Virus record (IMG/VR): IMGVR_UViG_3300012041_000707
Span: 1 to 37,197 of that record
Strand: one strand, 5' to 3'
DNA length: 37,197 bases
Origin: a virus
Lineage: Duplodnaviria; Caudoviricetes
Shown here: positions 32,807 to 37,197 of the stretch, piece by piece
Layout: each line of letters begins with the position of its first letter
How positions within the stretch are numbered: position 1 is the first letter of the stretch
Notes under the pieces: model-generated
What the model was told of the DNA's origin: nothing
The model's input: only the letters and a program-made list of their open reading frames with translations
Database searches by the model: none
Position numbers and translations under genes: made by a program

Positions 32807-35140
32807 ATGCAGCGCGACTCTATCACAGAGCAGCACAATTTTCTTTCCACGCTCGCCAAGGGGCTTCCTCCAGGCTCCTACTTCCAAGTCGCCGAGAAGC
32901 AGCCCAACGGTGGCTGGCACAACAGTGCGTGGCACGAGCAGCCGCTGGTCGGCCCCTGGTACTTCTTCACCGGCTCCTGCAACAACGGCAGGAAGCGCCG
33001 CCAGCAGGACTGGACCGCCGTCAGGGCCATCGTCCTCGATGACGTGACCGCCGACGGTGTCGGCAAGGGCGGCGGCAAGATCGTGGCCCCGCCGACGTGG
33101 AAGCTGGAGACCAGCGAGGGCAACTTCCAGTGGGGCTACCTGCTGAAGACCTGGGATGCAGACATCCCCAAGGCCGATGCCCTCTTCGATGCGCTGGTCA
33201 AGTCAGGGCTGCAGGACAAGGGGGTGAACAACGCCTGCCGCCTGTTCCGCATCCCGGGCTCGATCAACGACAAGCCGGGCAGGGACGACTTCGCGTCGGT
33301 CCTGCACGAGGTCGACTGGACCCGCACCTACACCCTGAACACCCTGGCTAAGGCTTTAAAGGTCAAGCCCGGGGCTCCCATCCTGCGGCGCACCCCGACC
33401 GGCGAGCGGCCGGGGGCCGGCAAGGACGACGCCCTCTTCGAGTGGCTGGGCGAGCGGGGCATGGTGCGGGAGGAGACAGGCGACGGCTGGTGGGAGGTCG
33501 AGTGCCCCTTCGCCAGCGAGCATACCGACGGCCGCGACGAGGTCCGCTACCTGCCCAGCTTCAGCAGCGAGACCGGCGCGGCCAAGGTCTGGTGCTGGCA
33601 CGCCCACGGCGAGGACAAGGCCACCTACACCGAGCGGTTCATGGCCTGGGTCAAGGCCGAGGGCGGCCCGACACCGGACGCTGCCAAGGAGGAGCGGCGG
33701 CGCAAGTTCGCCGAGTACGCCAAGCGCCAGCAGGCCGCCGCCGCGCCGCCGCCCCCGCAGAGGGAGCCGGGCGAGGAGTACGACGACATCACCCTGGCCC
33801 ACGCCATCGGACCCATCGACCGCACCGTGCTGCCGTTCCCCGACAAGACCGCCGCCGTCGACAAGGTCACCGGTATGAAGGTCCTCGCCAAGCTCCAGCC
33901 CTGCACGTCGGCCAACGTCCTGGCGGCCCTGCGCCACGTCGGCATCCAGCCCAGGCTGAACCTGATGAATGCAACCACGAGCTTCATCCTCCCCGAGCGG
34001 ATCGACCCGGCCGGGTTCGGCGGCAAGACCGTGTACGAGATAGACCGGATGGTCTCCCGGGTCCTGCAGACCGTCTTCACTGCGGCCGGCATGTCGAACA
34101 AGAAGGACCTCGCCGACAGCATCGCCGGGCTCGCCGACTCCAACTACTGGCACCCGGCCAAGGAGTGGATCGAGGCGAAACCCTGGGACGGCCAGGACCG
34201 CATGGAGGAGCTTCTGGCGACCGTGAAGACTCCGACCCCCGACCTCTTTGCGATGTACTTTCGTCGCTGGGCATTACAAGCGGTCGAGGCGGTCTGCGGC
34301 TGGGTCGAGCGCCGCGAGGGGCAGAAGGCACTGTGCCTCGTGCTGGCGGGCAAGCAGGGGGTCGGCAAGACCCGCTGGCTGAAGGCGCTGGCACCGGCCT
34401 TCAGCGCCGTCGGCAAGCACCTGTCCCTGGACAGCTTCAACGCCCGCGACTCCAAGCACGAGGCGCTGCAGGGCATGGTGGTCGAGCTTGGCGAGCTTGA
34501 CACCACCTTCAAGAAGTCGGCCAACGGGAGCCTGAAGGCATTCATCAGCGACTCGACCGACGAGTACCGCCTGCCCTACGCCAACGTGTGGCTGAAGCGG
34601 CCGCGCTGCACCTCCTTCTGTGCCAGCGTCAACGACGACCAGTTCCTGCAGGACGCCACCGGCTCCAGGCGCTTCGGTGTCGTCTGGGTCGACCACTGCA
34701 ACGCCGACCACAAGATCGACATGCAGCAGTTGTTCGCCCAGGTCCATGCCGAGTGGAGCCAGTGGAAGGAGGGCTCGCCCGTCGGCCAGTGGTGGCTGGA
34801 CGATGAGGAGGAGGTCCTCCAGATCGACAGCAACGAGAAGCACCAGTCGGTCGACGGCATCGTGGAGACCGTGATCGAGGAGTACCGCAAGCGCCAGGAC
34901 CGGGAGGTCTACCCTAAAGCCTACGGCTTGAATGCGTCGAGCATCGCCAAGGTCCTTGGGTTCGATGCCAGTGACCCGAGCGAGACCAAGCGGATCGGCA
35001 TCGGCATGAGGCAAGTCACCGGCAAGAAGGGCGTCAACATGAAGCCCAACGGGTCGATGAATGCGTGGCTGTTCTGGCTGACCGAGAACGAGGCCAAGAA
35101 CATCCTGAAGGTCAAGCCCATGCCGTCGGTCAAGGCATGA
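32807..35140 (+). CDS. Primase-helicase (RepB-type primase N-terminus plus VirE/VapE-type P-loop domain)
   Basis: IVLDD, LETSEGNFQWGY and RLFRIPGS (RepB primase); CPFASEH...CWHAH; GKQGVGKT, ELGELD, YRLPY and FLQDATGSRRF (VirE). Confidence 0.88.
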   Translation: MQRDSITEQHNFLSTLAKGLPPGSYFQVAEKQPNGGWHNSAWHEQPLVGPWYFFTGSCNNGRKRRQQDWTAVRAIVLDDVTADGVGKGGGKIVAPPTWKLETSEGNFQWGYLLKTWDADIPKADALFDALVKSGLQDKGVNNACRLFRIPGSINDKPGRDDFASVLHEVDWTRTYTLNTLAKALKVKPGAPILRRTPTGERPGAGKDDALFEWLGERGMVREETGDGWWEVECPFASEHTDGRDEVRYLPSFSSETGAAKVWCWHAHGEDKATYTERFMAWVKAEGGPTPDAAKEERRRKFAEYAKRQQAAAAPPPPQREPGEEYDDITLAHAIGPIDRTVLPFPDKTAAVDKVTGMKVLAKLQPCTSANVLAALRHVGIQPRLNLMNATTSFILPERIDPAGFGGKTVYEIDRMVSRVLQTVFTAAGMSNKKDLADSIAGLADSNYWHPAKEWIEAKPWDGQDRMEELLATVKTPTPDLFAMYFRRWALQAVEAVCGWVERREGQKALCLVLAGKQGVGKTRWLKALAPAFSAVGKHLSLDSFNARDSKHEALQGMVVELGELDTTFKKSANGSLKAFISDSTDEYRLPYANVWLKRPRCTSFCASVNDDQFLQDATGSRRFGVVWVDHCNADHKIDMQQLFAQVHAEWSQWKEGSPVGQWWLDDEEEVLQIDSNEKHQSVDGIVETVIEEYRKRQDREVYPKAYGLNASSIAKVLGFDASDPSETKRIGIGMRQVTGKKGVNMKPNGSMNAWLFWLTENEAKNILKVKPMPSVKA

Positions 35141-35424
35141 GCGAGGCGAGCCTGGAGCGGGCCGCCTGCCGGTACGCCAAGAAGCGCGGGGTCCGCTCGG
35201 TCAAGCTCCAGGGCGGCATCGTCGGCGAGCCCGACCGGCTCTTCCTCCTGCCCCTGGGCCGCTGCTGGCTGGTGGAATTCAAGGCCGTCGGCGGCAGGGT
35301 CAGCCCCCGGCAGCGGCTGGTCCATGCCGAGTACGAGGCCATCGGCCACCGGGTCAGCGTGATGGTGGACATCGTCGGGTTCCGAGTGGCGCTTGACAGC
35401 AAGCTCCAGGCTACAGTAGACTAG
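35137..35424 (+). CDS. VRR-NUC domain nuclease (95 aa)
   Basis: ATGA overlap; MSEASLE...GEPDR...VEFK...SPRQ. Confidence 0.88.
   Translation: MSEASLERAACRYAKKRGVRSVKLQGGIVGEPDRLFLLPLGRCWLVEFKAVGGRVSPRQRLVHAEYEAIGHRVSVMVDIVGFRVALDSKLQATVD
35393..35422 (+). promoter_or_regulatory. Putative sigma70 promoter for the helicase/Cro genes
   Basis: TTGACA-18 bp-TAGACT at the end of the VRR-NUC gene. Confidence 0.55.
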
Positions 35425-35449
35425 AGGCTCGCCACCACCCGAGACCGAC

Positions 35450-36856
35450 ATGCAGTACAACCCGCTCCCGTTCCAAGAGAAGGCCATCGCCAAGGTCTGC
35501 GCCAACCTGGGCTTCGCCCTCCTGCTCGACCCGGGCATGGGCAAGACGGCCATCACCCTGGCGTCGATCTGCGTCCTGCAGCATCACAAGGCCATCGAGT
35601 CGGCCCTGGTGATCGTGCCCCTGCGGCCGCTGCACCTGACGTGGCCCGCCGAGGTCGCCAAGTGGGACCAGTTCAAGCACCTCAAGGTCTCCATCGTCCA
35701 CGGCACCGCCGCCCAGCGGCTGGCCGCCATCGAGGCCAAGGCCGACGTGTACCTGATCAACCCGGAGAACACGGCATGGCTGGTGGCCCTGCTGCAGGGC
35801 TCCCTGGGGCTCTTCGGCCGCAAGCCCGGCCTGCTGGTGGTCGATGAGTCGACCCGCTTCAAGAACGCCCAGTCGGTGCGCTTCAAGGCGCTGAAGACCC
35901 TGCTGCCGCTGATCGACCGCCGCGCCATCCTGACCGGCACGCCGTCGCCCCAGGGCATCGAGGACCTGTTCGCCCAGATGCAGATCGTGGACGACGGCAA
36001 GCGCCTGGGCCGGTTCGTCACCCACTTCCGCAAGCTCTTCATGTACGCCACCCCGCTGCGGATCGGCGGCGGCCGCACCATCGATGAGTGGCACGTCCGC
36101 CCGGGTGGCGAGCGCATGGTGGCCGACGCCATCGCCGATGTCAGCCTCAGGCTCCAGGCCGAGGACTACCTGACGATGCCCGCCATCAACTACAACATCA
36201 TCCCGGTGGCGCTGCCGACCGCCGTGCGCTCGGTCTACAACAAGCTGGCCGACGACCTCGTCGCCCAGACCGAGAAGGGCGTGACCCTGACGGCCGTCAC
36301 CGCCGCTGCTGCCGTGATGAAGCTTCGCCAGATCACCAACGGCTGGGCATACGGCACCGACGGCCAGTCGCACCACGTCCATGACGCCAAGCTCGACGCC
36401 CTGGCGGATCTGGTCGAGGAGCAGTCGGGCTCGCCGATCCTCGTCGCCGTCGCCTTCCTGCACGAGGTCGACGCCATCCGCGAGAAGCTGAAGGACGTGC
36501 TGCCCAAGGGCACCAAGGTCCCCTACCTGGGCGGCGGCGTCACCCGCCTGGAGGCCGACCGGATCATGGCCGCCTGGAACGACGGCGAGACCCCGGTCCT
36601 GCTGGCCCACCCGACCTCGGTGGCCCACGGCCTGAACCTGCAGTCGGGCGGGCACGCCGTCTGCTGGTTCGGCCTGACGTGGAACCTTGAGGAACACATC
36701 CAGTTCAACGCCCGGGTGTACCGCCAGGGTCAGACGAAGCCTGTGGTTGTACACTACCTGACTGCGAAGGACACCGTGGACGAGGACATCGCCAAGGCGC
36801 TGGCGTCCAAGGCCGACGTGCAAGCATCGATTCTCAACCGCCTGAAAGGAAAGTGA
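35450..36856 (+). CDS. SNF2-like superfamily 2 helicase
   Basis: DPGMGKT, VVDEST, LTGTP, KLRQITNG, HGLNLQ and QFNARVYRQGQ motifs. Confidence 0.92.
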   Translation: MQYNPLPFQEKAIAKVCANLGFALLLDPGMGKTAITLASICVLQHHKAIESALVIVPLRPLHLTWPAEVAKWDQFKHLKVSIVHGTAAQRLAAIEAKADVYLINPENTAWLVALLQGSLGLFGRKPGLLVVDESTRFKNAQSVRFKALKTLLPLIDRRAILTGTPSPQGIEDLFAQMQIVDDGKRLGRFVTHFRKLFMYATPLRIGGGRTIDEWHVRPGGERMVADAIADVSLRLQAEDYLTMPAINYNIIPVALPTAVRSVYNKLADDLVAQTEKGVTLTAVTAAAAVMKLRQITNGWAYGTDGQSHHVHDAKLDALADLVEEQSGSPILVAVAFLHEVDAIREKLKDVLPKGTKVPYLGGGVTRLEADRIMAAWNDGETPVLLAHPTSVAHGLNLQSGGHAVCWFGLTWNLEEHIQFNARVYRQGQTKPVVVHYLTAKDTVDEDIAKALASKADVQASILNRLKGK

Positions 36857-37197
36857 TGGCAACGAAGAAGAAGCCCAAGCCCGAGAGCGGGCCGGGCTCC
36901 CGGCAAGTGGACATCAAGCTCCCCCGGGAGATGCCCGGGGGCAAGACGACCACCCTCCACCCGCTGGTCTGGCTGATGCGGGAGCGCCTGGGCGAGCCCT
37001 TCAACGAGGAGGGCAAGCCCAACAAGTCCGACCTCGCCCGCGCCTGCGGCGACGTGCGGCCGCAGAGCCTGTACAAGTGGGAGCGGCTCTGCAAGGCCGA
37101 CCGTAACTTCCCGCTCCCCATCCTTCGGGCCAAGCAGATGGCAGAATTCTTCTCCGTCAAGCCCGGCCTGTTCCGTCCCGACATCTTTGGAGCCTGA
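36856..37197 (+). CDS. Cro/YdaS-like HTH transcriptional regulator
   Basis: NKSDLARACGDVRPQSLYKW helix-turn-helix and C-terminal FRPDIF typical of Cro/YdaS family; ATG 36856 (or GTG 36853). Confidence 0.7.
   Translation: MATKKKPKPESGPGSRQVDIKLPREMPGGKTTTLHPLVWLMRERLGEPFNEEGKPNKSDLARACGDVRPQSLYKWERLCKADRNFPLPILRAKQMAEFFSVKPGLFRPDIFGA

Larger units (their letters stand above)
937..33361. repeat. Dispersed palindromic octamer CTTTAAAG (16 perfect copies)
   Basis: Copies start at 937, 2684, 5861, 7773, 12560, 14500, 15274, 19229, 21359, 22566, 25121, 27756, 28450, 30858, 32037 and 33354; variant CTTTAAAC at 8407. Confidence 0.9.

Noticed and set aside
937-33361. T-TTA-AAG as a programmed -1 frameshift heptamer (X XXY YYZ)
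   Set aside because: Nine copies are in a slippage-compatible frame, but others are in the F-K frame, at stop codons or intergenic. The flanking C making a palindrome is invariant, and shifts within polA or primase would disrupt essential enzymes. A DNA site explains all copies, though a frameshift is not excluded for individual ones.
14411-36151. Recurrent CCTCAGG/CCTGAGG and GTAGCCTG/CAGGCTAC words
   Set aside because: Several copies are seen near gene junctions, but they are GC-rich short words and may partly result from AGGCCT avoidance. I cannot show enrichment without counting.
1-37197. Integrase, attP, tRNA, reverse transcriptase/DGR, endolysin
   Set aside because: No supporting motifs were found in this window; they could lie in the unseen remainder of the genome.

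Overview
This is a GC-rich (roughly 70% by eye) segment covering most of a tailed dsDNA phage genome with podovirus-type architecture, organised as two divergent arms. The left arm (1-21848, minus strand) is the virion module: small terminase, a SAM-dependent methyltransferase, large terminase, portal, a 743-aa accessory protein, scaffold, major capsid, head-tail adaptor, tail nozzle, GNAT, four ejection-type proteins and the start of a tail fibre gene. The right arm (22210-37197, plus strand) carries about 18 small early genes and then a replication module: DUF2800-type nuclease, putative SSB, family A DNA polymerase, primase-helicase, VRR-NUC, SNF2-like helicase and a Cro-like HTH protein. 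The arms diverge from a non-coding region with nine 9-bp iteron-like repeats and a 12-bp inverted repeat. No integrase, lysin, tRNA or CRISPR array is visible. Three DNA-level signals stand out. (1) Sixteen perfect copies of the AT-rich palindrome CTTTAAAG are spread across the genome, 11 of them inside genes via rare codons. (2) A second, ~19-bp dispersed motif includes two exactly duplicated pairs located near gene starts. (3) Several hexamers (SAGCTS, GAGATC, GGCGCC and others) appear to be systematically avoided. All product calls come from motifs and synteny read by eye; no searches were run.
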